Assembly: GCA_905620445.1 (NCBI GenBank)
Contig: CAJQTP010000001.1
Coordinates: forward strand, 13,360 to 77,359
From: an uncultured Candidatus Thioglobus sp.
GTDB taxonomy: Bacteria > Pseudomonadota > Gammaproteobacteria > PS1 > Pseudothioglobaceae
Length of the DNA: 64,000 bases
Reading direction: 5' to 3'
In this document: positions 44,047 to 53,909 of the stretch, piece by piece
Numbering within the stretch: the stretch's first letter is position 1
Layout: every line of letters begins with the position of its first letter
Translations under genes and position numbers: made by a program
The notes under the pieces: generated by a model
What the model was told of the DNA's origin: nothing
Database searches by the model: none
The model's input: only the letters and a program-made list of their open reading frames with translations

Positions 44047-45168
44047 TCATTTTGACATGAGCTCTATAAATTCATCGAACAGATAACTTACGTCATGAGG
44101 GCCAGGCGAGGCTTCAGGATGACCTTGAAAGCTATAGGCAGGTTTGTTCTTTACCCTAATACCTTGAATGCTTTTATCAAACAATGATCTATGACTTACT
44201 TCAATATTATCTGGAATGCCCTTTTCTGAAACCGCAAAGCCATGGTTTTGAGAGGTAATCATCACTTTTTTTGATTTAAGGTCTTGGACTGGGTGGTTTG
44301 CGCCATGATGACCAAATTTCATTTTCTCTGTTTTAGCGCCAGAAGCAATTGATAAGAGCTGGTGACCAAGGCAAATTCCAAAAATTGGAACATTTTTTTC
44401 TAATAGTTTCTTAATACTTGTAATCGCATAATCGCATGGTTCAGGATCTCCAGGACCATTTGAAAGAAAAACACCATCAGGTTTTATTGCTAATAAGTCG
44501 TCAAGAGGAGCCTTTGCATTAAAGACAGTAAGTTCACAACCTATATCAACCAACATTCTTAAAATATTTTTCTTGACTCCATAATCATAGACTGCAACTT
44601 TAAATTTTGGAGGTGTCTTGTTAAAAGTGGAATGATTTATATCGAAAGATCCTTGATTAAAGGAGTAAGTTTTAGGAGTGGATACTACTTGAGCCAAATC
44701 CATATTTTTAAGACCAGAAAAAATTTTTGCTTTTTGAATGGCTTTATTTGAATCAATTTTATTAGAGGCTATAATGCAGCCTTTAAGAGCGCCATACGTT
44801 CTCAGATGACGAGTCAATGCCCTTGTATCAATGTTTGAAATTGCAACTATATTTTTACTCGATAGGTAGCTATCAAGGCTCATTTCAGATCGCCAATTGC
44901 TATAAGCAAGTGGTAAATTTCTAATAATTAATCCAGCAGCATAGACATTTGATGATTCTTCATCAACTATATTTATTCCAGTATTACCAATATGAGGATA
45001 AGTGAGTGCAACGATTTGCTGATTGTAAGATGGGTCAGTGAGTATTTCTTGATACCCCGTCATTGCAGTATTAAAGACGACCTCACCAACTGTTTCACCA
45101 ATAGATCCAATAGACTCACCCCAAAAAACTGAACCATCTTCGAGTGCTAATATGGCAGTTTGAGGCAA
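44047..45168 (-). CDS. carA: Carbamoyl-phosphate synthase small subunit; start probably the TTG at 45168 (track start 45204)
   Basis: '[14 protein letters not shown]', 'SNGPGDP', 'GICLGHQ', 'HPEASPGP'; AGGAG lies 7 nt upstream of TTG 45168. Confidence 0.96.
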   Translation of the reverse strand: MPQTAILALEDGSVFWGESIGSIGETVGEVVFNTAMTGYQEILTDPSYNQQIVALTYPHIGNTGINIVDEESSNVYAAGLIIRNLPLAYSNWRSEMSLDSYLSSKNIVAISNIDTRALTRHLRTYGALKGCIIASNKIDSNKAIQKAKIFSGLKNMDLAQVVSTPKTYSFNQGSFDINHSTFNKTPPKFKVAVYDYGVKKNILRMLVDIGCELTVFNAKAPLDDLLAIKPDGVFLSNGPGDPEPCDYAITSIKKLLEKNVPIFGICLGHQLLSIASGAKTEKMKFGHHGANHPVQDLKSKKVMITSQNHGFAVSEKGIPDNIEVSHRSLFDKSIQGIRVKNKPAYSFQGHPEASPGPHDVSYLFDEFIELMSK

Positions 45169-45290
45169 AACTTTACTCCTGGTAGAGGTCAAAAAACTTC
45201 GCAAATTTTACCATGTGTTTAAGGTTAACTTATCCTGAATTTTATAATCCAATGTTATAATTAGCCTACCTATAACAACTTAATGCATTT

Positions 45291-45491
45291 GTGGAAATTT
45301 TAGTAAACAGTAAAAAAATATCACTCCCTGACGATTCAAATATTGAAGATCTAATTGTTTATCTAGGTTATCAAAATCAGCGAATTGCAATCGAAATCAA
45401 TGAGTCAATTATTCCAAAATCTAATCACTCTTCTTTTCTGCTTCAAGACTTAGACAAGGTTGAGGTGATTAATGCAGTTGGTGGCGGCTAG
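45291..45491 (+). CDS. thiS: Sulfur carrier protein ThiS
   Basis: 66 aa, 'IAIEIN', 'DKVEVI', C-terminal 'VGGG'. Confidence 0.92.
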   Translation: MEILVNSKKISLPDDSNIEDLIVYLGYQNQRIAIEINESIIPKSNHSSFLLQDLDKVEVINAVGGG

Positions 45492-45519
45492 GCAACCGAG
45501 ATAAATTTAACGATGGTTT

Positions 45520-46398
45520 TTATTTTCTTTTTCCAGAAATTCTAAACCATTCACCCTTATTGGCAACTTCAATATTCGAAAAATTAAATGAATAGCATTT
45601 AACCACTCTATCAACTTGTTCTTTTAAAATTCCAGATAGAAGAAGCATCCCATTAGTATTAACTAAATCAGAAAATAATGGCTCCAATTCAACCAATGGA
45701 TTGGCCAAAATATTAGCTATTAATAAATCACATTTATTATCATTCTCTTGGTCGATTAAATGAATTGTTGTAATTGTATTTTCACACTTATTTTTAGCTA
45801 CATTTTCTGTACTCGAAAGTACCGCTTGAGGGTCATTATCAATAGCGATAACACTTTTAGCACCGAACTTTGCAGCTGCTATTGCCAATATTCCAGTACC
45901 GCAACCAAAATCAATAACATGAAGGTTTTTTGGTGGATTTAAATCTAAGTATTCGAGGCATAGACTAGTTGTTTGATGCGTTCCAGTTCCAAAAGCCAGC
46001 CCCGGATCCATATGAATTACAATAGAGTCATTTGAAAGTATAGATTCAGCATCCCATGAAGGGCAAACCCATAATCTTTTGCCAAAGCGCATTGAAGGAA
46101 AATCTTTTTGGCACTCCTCCTCCCAAACTCTATCTTTAAGCTCCACAGTATCTAGAGCAACGATATTACAGATATCTAAAATAGAAGCTTCAATAGATTT
46201 TTGATTTACCTCTGAAGAAAATAAAGCATTTACTTTAACGCTATCCCACAAAGGCGTTTGCCCAACTGGAGGCTCATAAATTGCATCATCAAGAGCATCA
46301 GAGTAAGTTATAGATACACTTCCCAAGCCCATCAAAACCTCTGAAACAAGATCTGTTTTAGATTTTTTAACTTCAAAAGATATTTGTTTCCAGATCAT
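45520..46398 (-). CDS. prmA: Ribosomal protein L11 methyltransferase
   Basis: 'DPGLAFGTGTH', 'DFGCGTGILA', 'ANILA', 'SGIL'. Confidence 0.96.
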   Translation of the reverse strand: MIWKQISFEVKKSKTDLVSEVLMGLGSVSITYSDALDDAIYEPPVGQTPLWDSVKVNALFSSEVNQKSIEASILDICNIVALDTVELKDRVWEEECQKDFPSMRFGKRLWVCPSWDAESILSNDSIVIHMDPGLAFGTGTHQTTSLCLEYLDLNPPKNLHVIDFGCGTGILAIAAAKFGAKSVIAIDNDPQAVLSSTENVAKNKCENTITTIHLIDQENDNKCDLLIANILANPLVELEPLFSDLVNTNGMLLLSGILKEQVDRVVKCYSFNFSNIEVANKGEWFRISGKRK

Positions 46399-46441
46399 AA
46401 AAAAATTGTATCTAGCATCATGCTTGGCTTAATAAGTCCTC

Positions 46442-49039
46442 TTAGAGCAAATCTTTAATTAAATTTAATGCCATTGGTAATTTTTCAGGCTCTGTGCCGC
46501 CGCCTTGTGCCATATCTGCCCGGCCTCCACCTTTGCCGCCAACCTGAGTTGCAACATGATTCAAAATATTACCCGCTTGGTATTTATCCGTCAGGTTTTT
46601 TGTAACCGCTGCAACAAGAGACACTTTTTTGTCAGAAACAACTGCCAATACAACTATAGCTGAGCCAAGCTTATCTTTTAATTTATCTGCCAAATCTCTT
46701 AAATCTTTTGCAGGAATGCCTTTCACTTCAGTTGCTAAAATCTTAACACCTTTAACTTCTATAACTTTGGATAAAAGTGAATCACCTTGATCACTTGCTA
46801 ACTGTTTCTGAAAAACTGCTATCTGTTTCTCAAGGTTTTTTTGATTACTAATTAGCTGTTTCACTTTGTCTAAAGTCATTGAATTACTTGATTTTGTAAG
46901 ACTTGCAATCATACTAAGAGTGTCTTCATTTTTTTTATCAAGCTGATAAGCATCAATCCCTGTAACTGCCTCTATTCTTCGAACTCCTGAAGCAATGCCG
47001 CTCTCAGAAATAACTTTAAACCTACCAATATCTCCCAGCCTTTGAACATGAGTACCCCCACAAAGCTCAACAGAAAAATTATCATTGCCCATTGAAAGAA
47101 CTCTAACCATATCCCCATATTTTTCACCAAAGAGAGCCATTGCGCCTTTCTTCTTGGCAGTCTTGATATCAGTCTCTTCAGTTATCACTTGTGTGTTGCC
47201 TAAAATTTGCTGATTAACTATCGCCTCAACCTTATCTAAATGAGTTCTTGATAAGACCTCATCATGTGAGAAATCAAATCGTAGCTTTTCAGATTCAACC
47301 AGAGACCCTTTTTGATTTACTTGATCACCAAGAACCTGCCTTAAAGCTTCATGTAAAAGGTGAGTTGCTGAATGATTATTCATGATTTTCTTGCGTCTAT
47401 CTTGATCAATTGATGCTTCAACCGCATCTCCAACTTGGAGCGCGCCTTTTGCTTGGATACCATGATGTTCAAATGCATTTGAAGCCTGCTTTTGAGTATC
47501 AGTAACTTTAAATTGCGCACCATTTTTTGACAAAGTACCATGGTCACCACTTTGACCTCCCGATTCGCCATAGAAGCTACTTTTATCGATAACTACAATG
47601 GCCTGTTCACCTTCATTTAGAGAATCTACAGATTTATTGTCTTTGATAATAGCGCTAATAATTGCGCTATTTTTGAATTGCTCATAACCTAAAAACTCAG
47701 TTGAATTTTCGATGGTTATAGTGGATTTTTTAGAGTCAAAATCACCCGCTTTACGGGCACGCTCTTTCTGGAGCGTCATTTCAGTCTCAAAGCCGTCCAT
47801 ATCCACAGTAAGGCCTCGCTCTCTTGCTACGTCTGCCGTTAAGTCAACTGGGAAACCATAAGTGTCGTAAAGTTTGAAGGCCACGACTCCGCTTATTTCT
47901 TTTCCAGAAATTCCCTCGATTGCTGATTCAAGAATTCCCATGCCCGTATCTAAAGTCTGTATAAATCTGTCTTCTTCCTTTTTGAGAACTTTTTCAACGT
48001 GAGATTGATTAGCACTCAATTCTGGATAGGCATTCTTATTTTGACTTGCTAAGAATGAAGCGAGTTTATAAAAAAATATTTCTTCAATTCCTAATTTATG
48101 ACCATGCCTTATCGCCCTTCGAATTATTCTTCGAAGTACGTAGCCTCTGCCTTCGTTAGAAGGAATGATGCCATCAACAATCATAAATGCAGTAGAGCGG
48201 ATATGATCAGCTATTACTCTAACGGATGCATGACTAGCTTGGATTTTTTGAGCCTTGGGTATAAGATTTACAATCGCGCTTGTTAAATCCTTAAAAATAT
48301 CAATATCATAATTATTATTCTCGTGTTGCAAAACAGCGGCTAGTCTTTCAAGACCCATTCCTGTATCAACTCCTGTTGACTTAAGGGGCACTAATTCTCC
48401 GTCTTGCTGGCGATTAAACTGCATAAAGACCAAATTCCAAATCTCAATAAACCTGTCTCCATCTTCCTCAGGTGTGCCTGGGGGACCACCCTGTATATGC
48501 TCACCATGGTCATAAAAAATTTCACTACATGGACCGCATGGACCTGTATCACCCATCTGCCAAAAATTGTCTTTAGCACCGCAGCGTGAAATTCGCTCTC
48601 GAGGAAACCCTATCTCATTAACCCAAATATCAGCCGCCTCATCATCATCCTCAAAGACGCTAACCCAAAGCTTATCTTTTGTGAGTCCAAGCTCTACTGT
48701 TAAAAAATCCCAGGCAAAGCGAATCGCCTCACTTTTAAAATAGTCACCAAAGCTAAAATTACCAAGCATTTCAAAAAATGTGTGGTGGCGAGCTGTATAG
48801 CCAACATTATCTAAATCATTGTGCTTTCCACCTGCTCTAACGCACCTTTGAGATGATACCGCGCGATTGAATGAGCTTTTTGTCGCTCCAGTAAAAATGT
48901 CTTTAAAGGGCACCATCCCGGCATTAACAAATAACAAAGTGTTATCGTTATGCGGCACCAACGAAGCGCTCTGCTGAATTGAATGGCCATGACTTTCGAA
49001 GTAGCTTAAAAATTTCTGTCTTATTTCATCAGTTTTCAT
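46442..49039 (-). CDS. alaS: Alanine-tRNA ligase
   Basis: 'NAGMVPFK', 'HHTFFEMLGNFSFGDYFK', 'DTGMGLER', editing-domain 'HSATH' and 'ELCGGTH', 'GGKGGG'. Confidence 0.98.
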   Translation of the reverse strand: MKTDEIRQKFLSYFESHGHSIQQSASLVPHNDNTLLFVNAGMVPFKDIFTGATKSSFNRAVSSQRCVRAGGKHNDLDNVGYTARHHTFFEMLGNFSFGDYFKSEAIRFAWDFLTVELGLTKDKLWVSVFEDDDEAADIWVNEIGFPRERISRCGAKDNFWQMGDTGPCGPCSEIFYDHGEHIQGGPPGTPEEDGDRFIEIWNLVFMQFNRQQDGELVPLKSTGVDTGMGLERLAAVLQHENNNYDIDIFKDLTSAIVNLIPKAQKIQASHASVRVIADHIRSTAFMIVDGIIPSNEGRGYVLRRIIRRAIRHGHKLGIEEIFFYKLASFLASQNKNAYPELSANQSHVEKVLKKEEDRFIQTLDTGMGILESAIEGISGKEISGVVAFKLYDTYGFPVDLTADVARERGLTVDMDGFETEMTLQKERARKAGDFDSKKSTITIENSTEFLGYEQFKNSAIISAIIKDNKSVDSLNEGEQAIVVIDKSSFYGESGGQSGDHGTLSKNGAQFKVTDTQKQASNAFEHHGIQAKGALQVGDAVEASIDQDRRKKIMNNHSATHLLHEALRQVLGDQVNQKGSLVESEKLRFDFSHDEVLSRTHLDKVEAIVNQQILGNTQVITEETDIKTAKKKGAMALFGEKYGDMVRVLSMGNDNFSVELCGGTHVQRLGDIGRFKVISESGIASGVRRIEAVTGIDAYQLDKKNEDTLSMIASLTKSSNSMTLDKVKQLISNQKNLEKQIAVFQKQLASDQGDSLLSKVIEVKGVKILATEVKGIPAKDLRDLADKLKDKLGSAIVVLAVVSDKKVSLVAAVTKNLTDKYQAGNILNHVATQVGGKGGGRADMAQGGGTEPEKLPMALNLIKDLL

Positions 49040-49087
49040 TTCAAAATTGATTGATTAAAAATAAAGATTATTATACTCATGGGTCAA

Positions 49088-49423
49088 TTAGAGGGCAAAA
49101 AACTCTTGAAGACAATCACATAGATTTACCTGAACACCTAATTCAAGCTTGCCTAATTTCTTGATGAAGCAAAATTTTTCTACAGATCTAATCTGGTCAA
49201 CCATGATATACCCTTTTGAGCCTTCAAATTGGCATTCAACTCTACTTGGAAGTTCTTCACTCGAAGTCGTCATTGGGGCAACCATAAGGCTTGGCAAGTC
49301 ATTTAATTCATCAGGAGTGACAATGGCGCATAAGCCGAGATTATCAACCACCCTGCCATGTTCAGGATTTTTCATGACTAACCATACATCAAAACGTTTC
49401 ATTGGTTTTTTCGCCATTCCCAA
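49088..49423 (-). CDS. PemK/MazF-family toxin with degenerate active site; alternative ATG starts at 49417 or 49402
   Basis: 'KRFDVWLV', 'TPDELN', 'APMTT', 'DQIRSV', 'KKLG', 'LQEFFA'; overlaps the antitoxin 3' end. Confidence 0.85.
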   Translation of the reverse strand: MGMAKKPMKRFDVWLVMKNPEHGRVVDNLGLCAIVTPDELNDLPSLMVAPMTTSSEELPSRVECQFEGSKGYIMVDQIRSVEKFCFIKKLGKLELGVQVNLCDCLQEFFAL

Positions 49424-49611
49424 GTGGCAGTTAACTCATCTTGTTTAATGTTATTTTTCCACGCTACACGTGCTTTCTTATCAGGAGTAATAAGTAATCC
49501 GCTGTCCAAAACAACAAAATCTAACTCTATGTTTTTCAGATTAGCTAACGCAATTATTGGCTTAGGAATCCTTATTCCCTGTGAGTTGCCTATTTTAATT
49601 ATTTTTGCCAT
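49399..49611 (-). CDS. AbrB/MazE/PemI-family antitoxin
   Basis: 'KIGNSQGIRIPK' AbrB-fold motif, C-terminal 'WEW'; upstream of the toxin. Confidence 0.88.
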   Translation of the reverse strand: MAKIIKIGNSQGIRIPKPIIALANLKNIELDFVVLDSGLLITPDKKARVAWKNNIKQDELTATWEWRKNQ

Positions 49612-49646
49612 AATGTAATTATATTGTAATTACATTGCAAAGACAA
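49612..49646 (-). promoter_or_regulatory. Sigma70 promoter and palindromic operator of the toxin-antitoxin operon
   Basis: Minus strand TTGTCT-17 nt-TATAAT-6 nt-ATG. Perfect 10-bp inverted repeat AATGTAATTA-N5-TAATTACATT (49612-49636) covers the -10. Confidence 0.8.
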
Positions 49647-49652
49647 GTTGAA

Positions 49653-50267
49653 TTAATTTAAAAAATCAATACTACCGGCGCCTTCTCTTAAAATTACAAC
49701 TCCATCACCTGTCAAGTCAATTACAGTAGTAGGCTCTGGTGGGCAATGGCCTGCATCAATTATAAGATCGGTCGAACCATTAAGTGCAACCTTAACATCA
49801 TTACAATTATAAAACTCATAGCCCTTGATTATTAATGAAACACTCATCATAGGCTCAGTCAAATTTTCGAGTATTGCCTGAACTATAGGGTTATTTGATA
49901 CTCGGATGCCAATAGTTTTACTTTTTCCATTGAGTAAACGATTAGGAATATCTTTTGATCCCTCCAAAATAAAAGTATAAGCGCCTGGTAATATTTTTTT
50001 TAATAGTCTAAAACCTGCATTATTTAATTTTGCGTATTCGCCAACGTGAGACAAGTCTTTTAGCATCAAAGTAAAGTGGTGGTGCTTACTCAACTTTCGT
50101 ATATTAACAATTTGATCCATAGCTTTTTTATTTCCAAGGGTACAGCCCAAGGCGTACCCTGAATCTGTTGGATAAGCTATTACCCCACCCCTTTCCAAAA
50201 CATCAATAACCTGCTTAATGATTCGTGACTGAGGGTTTTCAGAGTGAATACTAATAACAGCTGACAT
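49653..50267 (-). CDS. yciO: Sua5/YciO/YrdC family protein; start probably 50267
   Basis: 'IAYPTDSGYALGC', 'LPGAYTFIL', 'TIGIR', 'PTTVIDL'; TAATG overlap with the upstream PHP gene. Confidence 0.9.
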   Translation of the reverse strand: MSAVISIHSENPQSRIIKQVIDVLERGGVIAYPTDSGYALGCTLGNKKAMDQIVNIRKLSKHHHFTLMLKDLSHVGEYAKLNNAGFRLLKKILPGAYTFILEGSKDIPNRLLNGKSKTIGIRVSNNPIVQAILENLTEPMMSVSLIIKGYEFYNCNDVKVALNGSTDLIIDAGHCPPEPTTVIDLTGDGVVILREGAGSIDFLN

Positions 50268-51091
50268 TATAGGTATCTCCAAATAGCCTTTTCAGGGTCC
50301 GGTAAATCTTTTAAATTACCTATCCGAACTCTTTGATTTGGCCACCCATGAAAGTCAGATCCACACGATACTAGCAAATTATAGTCTTTTGCCCATAGAT
50401 TACTCAATTTAACCTCTTCTTCAGTACTTGTACCAGTGACAACTTCTAGCCCATCGCCCTGTACACTTTTGAAATCAATTAGCAGCTTTTTAATCTTAGT
50501 ATTTGTCATTCTATATCTTAAGGGATGAGCAATAAGAGCTTTGCCACCAGCAGCATGAATCCAATGAACAACCTCATCAAAACCTTTCCACTCAACGCTA
50601 ACTCCTCCAGGCTTTTTACCCGTTAAATAACGTCTAAATACTGCTTTCATGTCTTTGCAATAACCCTCACTAATTAACATCTGTGCAAAATGCGTTCGAG
50701 TTAACATTTCCGTTTTACTAAAGCTTTGAGTTTTTTCTAGTGCATCTTTAATTCCAGAGCGCCAAAGGCTAAGGGCTATTTTTTCAGCTCTTTCTTTACG
50801 CAGTTTTTGATTATGCTCTAGTCCAGTTTGAAGAGTGTCATTATTAATATCGACACCTAAGCCGAGAATATGGATGGCCATATTTCGCCAAAGTGCTGAT
50901 ATTTCAACACCATTAACAAGGCTTAAGTTTAATTTATCTGCCTCTAGTTGTGCCTCTGCAATTCCATCAGTAGTATCGTGATCAGTTAATGAAAATAAAT
51001 CACATCCAGCTTGGCTAGCAAGCTTAACAACCTCACTTGGCGATAAAACGCCATCTGAATAGTAAGAATGATTATGTAAGTCTGATTTCAC
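50267..51091 (-). CDS. yciV: PHP-domain phosphoesterase (YciV/TrpH/RNase AM family)
   Basis: 'DLHNHS..SDG', 'LTDHD', 'GVEIS', 'AHP', 'GSDFH'; canonical yciV-yciO order. Confidence 0.88.
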   Translation of the reverse strand: MKSDLHNHSYYSDGVLSPSEVVKLASQAGCDLFSLTDHDTTDGIAEAQLEADKLNLSLVNGVEISALWRNMAIHILGLGVDINNDTLQTGLEHNQKLRKERAEKIALSLWRSGIKDALEKTQSFSKTEMLTRTHFAQMLISEGYCKDMKAVFRRYLTGKKPGGVSVEWKGFDEVVHWIHAAGGKALIAHPLRYRMTNTKIKKLLIDFKSVQGDGLEVVTGTSTEEEVKLSNLWAKDYNLLVSCGSDFHGWPNQRVRIGNLKDLPDPEKAIWRYL

Positions 51092-51247
51092 TATGTACTT
51101 TATTATAACCTATAATCTGATTAAGCTAAGAAGCCCTTAAGACTCAAAGGAAATGGCCAAAATATTGAAAAAAATTTAAGTCTAATTACCAAGCTAAAAA
51201 GTGATTATTAACTATAATACTATTCATTATTTTATTAAAAAGTACTT

Positions 51248-53095
51248 ATGTGTGGAATTGTTGGTGGCGTTACAAATAAAGATATTACGGCACTATTACT
51301 AGAAGGGCTAAACCGATTAGAATATAGAGGTTATGACTCATCTGGACTTATAGTCTTATCTAGAAATAACACTTTTGAGCGGGCAAGGTCAGTCGGTAAG
51401 GTTAAAAACCTTGAAGATAATTTAAAAGCAAGAGATCATAAAATTAATGGAAATATTGGAATTGCTCATACGCGCTGGGCAACTCATGGTGAACCTACTA
51501 TTAATAATGCCCACCCTCATATATCAATGAATTCCGTAAGCCTAGTTCATAATGGCATTATTGAAAATTATGCTGAACTTAAAAATGACCAATTAACTAA
51601 GGGTTACTCTTTTTCTTCTGAGACTGATACTGAAGTTATTGCCCATGAAATTGATTTCGCCATGAAAGCATGCAGTAGTTTAATCTCATCAGTTCAGTTA
51701 GCAATAAAATCTTTTTCTGGGTCTTACGGTCTAGGAATTATTTCATCTAAATATCCCAATCAAATTATTGCTGCCAGAAACGGCTCACCATTAGTAATAG
51801 GTATCGGCAAGAATGGAAACTATATTGCTTCAGATCAACTAGCGCTTTTATCTGTAACCAAAAAATTTATTTTTTTAGAAGATGGAGATATTGCTGAAAT
51901 AAAAATTGATAAAATTACTATTTATGACTTAGATGGTAATTTAGTTGACCGTCCTATTAAAATCTCTAGGTTAAAGCTTGGGGAAACTAATTTAGGTGAT
52001 TATGACCATTTCATGCAAAAAGAAATTTTTGAGCAGCCACAGGCCATAAGAGATACGCTAGAGTCACGCATTTCAAATGATACTGTTTTAATATCAGCTT
52101 TTGGATATGAGGCTCATGAGGCCTTTAATAAAGCTAAACAAGTCCAAATTGTTGCCTGTGGTTCAAGCTATAATGCAGGTCTAGTTGCTAAATATTGGCT
52201 CGAAGATATAGCCAAAATACCATGTAATGTTGAAGTTGCAAGTGAGTATCGCTATCGCCGCCCTATTCTTTTGAATGACACCCTTTTTGTCACCCTTTCA
52301 CAAAGTGGTGAAACAGCTGATACAGTTGAAGCACTTAAGGCCGCAAAAAAAATAAATAGTAATATAACATCTCTTTGCATTACCAATTCTCCAGAATCTA
52401 GCCTTACTAGGCTTTCTGATTTAACTTTTTTAACTCATGCTGGACCTGAAATTGGCGTAGCAAGTACAAAAGCTTTTACCACTCAATTGGTTGCCCTTGC
52501 ACTTCTAACATGCTCCATTAGTAGTTTAAAAAAATCTATAAATAAAAGACAGGAGAGAGGGATTATTCATGGTTTAAAACGTTTGCCAGGACTTGTGAAT
52601 GAGGCATTACTCCAAGAAAAGCAAATCGAGAATTTAGCTATACGCTTTAAAGATAAAAATAGTGCGCTTTTTCTAGGAAGAGGCACAATGCATGCAATTG
52701 CAATGGAAGGCGCTCTTAAACTTAAAGAAATTAGCTATATTCATGCTGAAGCCTATCCAGCTGGAGAATTAAAGCATGGTCCAATTGCACTCATTGATAA
52801 AAATATGCCAGTTATTGCAATTGCTCCTAATGATGATCTTTTAGTGAAACTTAAATCTAATTTACAGGAAGTAAAATCTAGAGGGTCGCAAATGATTGTT
52901 TTTGAAGATGAAAATTCAAAGGTTCAACAAATGGAGGCGATGGAAGTTATTCCAGTTACTTCAAATCTTGGTCGCATCACTGCTCCAATTATTTTTACTA
53001 TACCTTTACAACTTTTAAGTTACCATGTTGCCCTTATCAAAGGCACCAATGTAGATAAGCCTAGGAATCTTGCTAAATCTGTAACGGTGGAATAG
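51248..53095 (+). CDS. glmS: Glutamine-fructose-6-phosphate transaminase
   Basis: N-terminal MCGI, 'HTRWATHG', 'SQSGET', C-terminal 'PRNLAKSVTVE'. Confidence 0.98.
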   Translation: MCGIVGGVTNKDITALLLEGLNRLEYRGYDSSGLIVLSRNNTFERARSVGKVKNLEDNLKARDHKINGNIGIAHTRWATHGEPTINNAHPHISMNSVSLVHNGIIENYAELKNDQLTKGYSFSSETDTEVIAHEIDFAMKACSSLISSVQLAIKSFSGSYGLGIISSKYPNQIIAARNGSPLVIGIGKNGNYIASDQLALLSVTKKFIFLEDGDIAEIKIDKITIYDLDGNLVDRPIKISRLKLGETNLGDYDHFMQKEIFEQPQAIRDTLESRISNDTVLISAFGYEAHEAFNKAKQVQIVACGSSYNAGLVAKYWLEDIAKIPCNVEVASEYRYRRPILLNDTLFVTLSQSGETADTVEALKAAKKINSNITSLCITNSPESSLTRLSDLTFLTHAGPEIGVASTKAFTTQLVALALLTCSISSLKKSINKRQERGIIHGLKRLPGLVNEALLQEKQIENLAIRFKDKNSALFLGRGTMHAIAMEGALKLKEISYIHAEAYPAGELKHGPIALIDKNMPVIAIAPNDDLLVKLKSNLQEVKSRGSQMIVFEDENSKVQQMEAMEVIPVTSNLGRITAPIIFTIPLQLLSYHVALIKGTNVDKPRNLAKSVTVE

Positions 53096-53139
53096 ATTAT
53101 GCTTCATAACACTTCAGAGATTTGATAGTGTTTTCAATA

Positions 53140-53906
53140 TCAAAATTCAGACCCAAATATTACATTAATGTTTGGACATTTCTTATCATTAGGTTGTTCA
53201 AGATGATGAGGTATCTCAGCGGTTTCATTAGTGGCAAGTTTATATGTAAAAGACAACTCAATACTAGGGTCAATTTCTAAATTTTCAGTCTTTGGAAGGC
53301 AGTTATTAACATGGATATTAGCTAGATTTAAATCCATATCCCGAACAAATTTTATCACCTTAGTTAGGTTGTAAATTGGCTTGTGAAAATCTATAACAAG
53401 ACCTGAAATATCACTTTGATTTTCTATGATCTGATCAAGAATCTCATATTCATATCCTTCTATATCAATTTTTACACAATAAGGCCTTCTTAAACAACTT
53501 CTCTTAATTGCATCATTAAAACTAATAAATTGCTGATTTTTACTTTTGCCTATATACAATTTGTAAAATCTAGTCTGGCTTTTTAGAAAACTAAAGTACT
53601 CGTAAAAAACTTTAATGTTACGTAAAAGAAGCGATGGTTTTGTTACTCGAAATATAGATTGAAATAATTTCCTAAAAAAAATAGTCCACCAATTGATCCA
53701 TCAAAAGTCCCAATTTTTGCTCTTGGGTTATTGTTTAGCCATTGTTTCTCAAAGCGCCAATCACCAGAGATCCCTAATGATAGTAAATCACTATTAATAA
53801 TCCGCTTATCAACAAGATATCCTCCATCACCATGACCACCAATACAAATTAGTGGAAATCCTGCATTAGGCTTAAGTACTAGAGGTAGTATAATCTTTTT
53901 AGTCAT
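53140..53906 (-). pseudogene. FkbM-like SAM methyltransferase split by a frameshift at a T8 tract
   Basis: ORF 53643-53906 ('GGHGDGGY', 'LSLGISGDWRFE') and ORF 53140-53559 ('VKIDIEGYEY') join into one 255-aa frame if the A8 run at 53674-53681 is A9; the linking frame was checked by hand and is open. Confidence 0.8.
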
Positions 53907-53909
53907 TTA

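Noticed and set aside
53060-53140. attTn7 site at the glmS 3' end followed by variable DNA: possible Tn7 insertion
   Set aside because: No recognisable Tn7 end with repeated TnsB sites downstream of glmS and no tns genes in the window.
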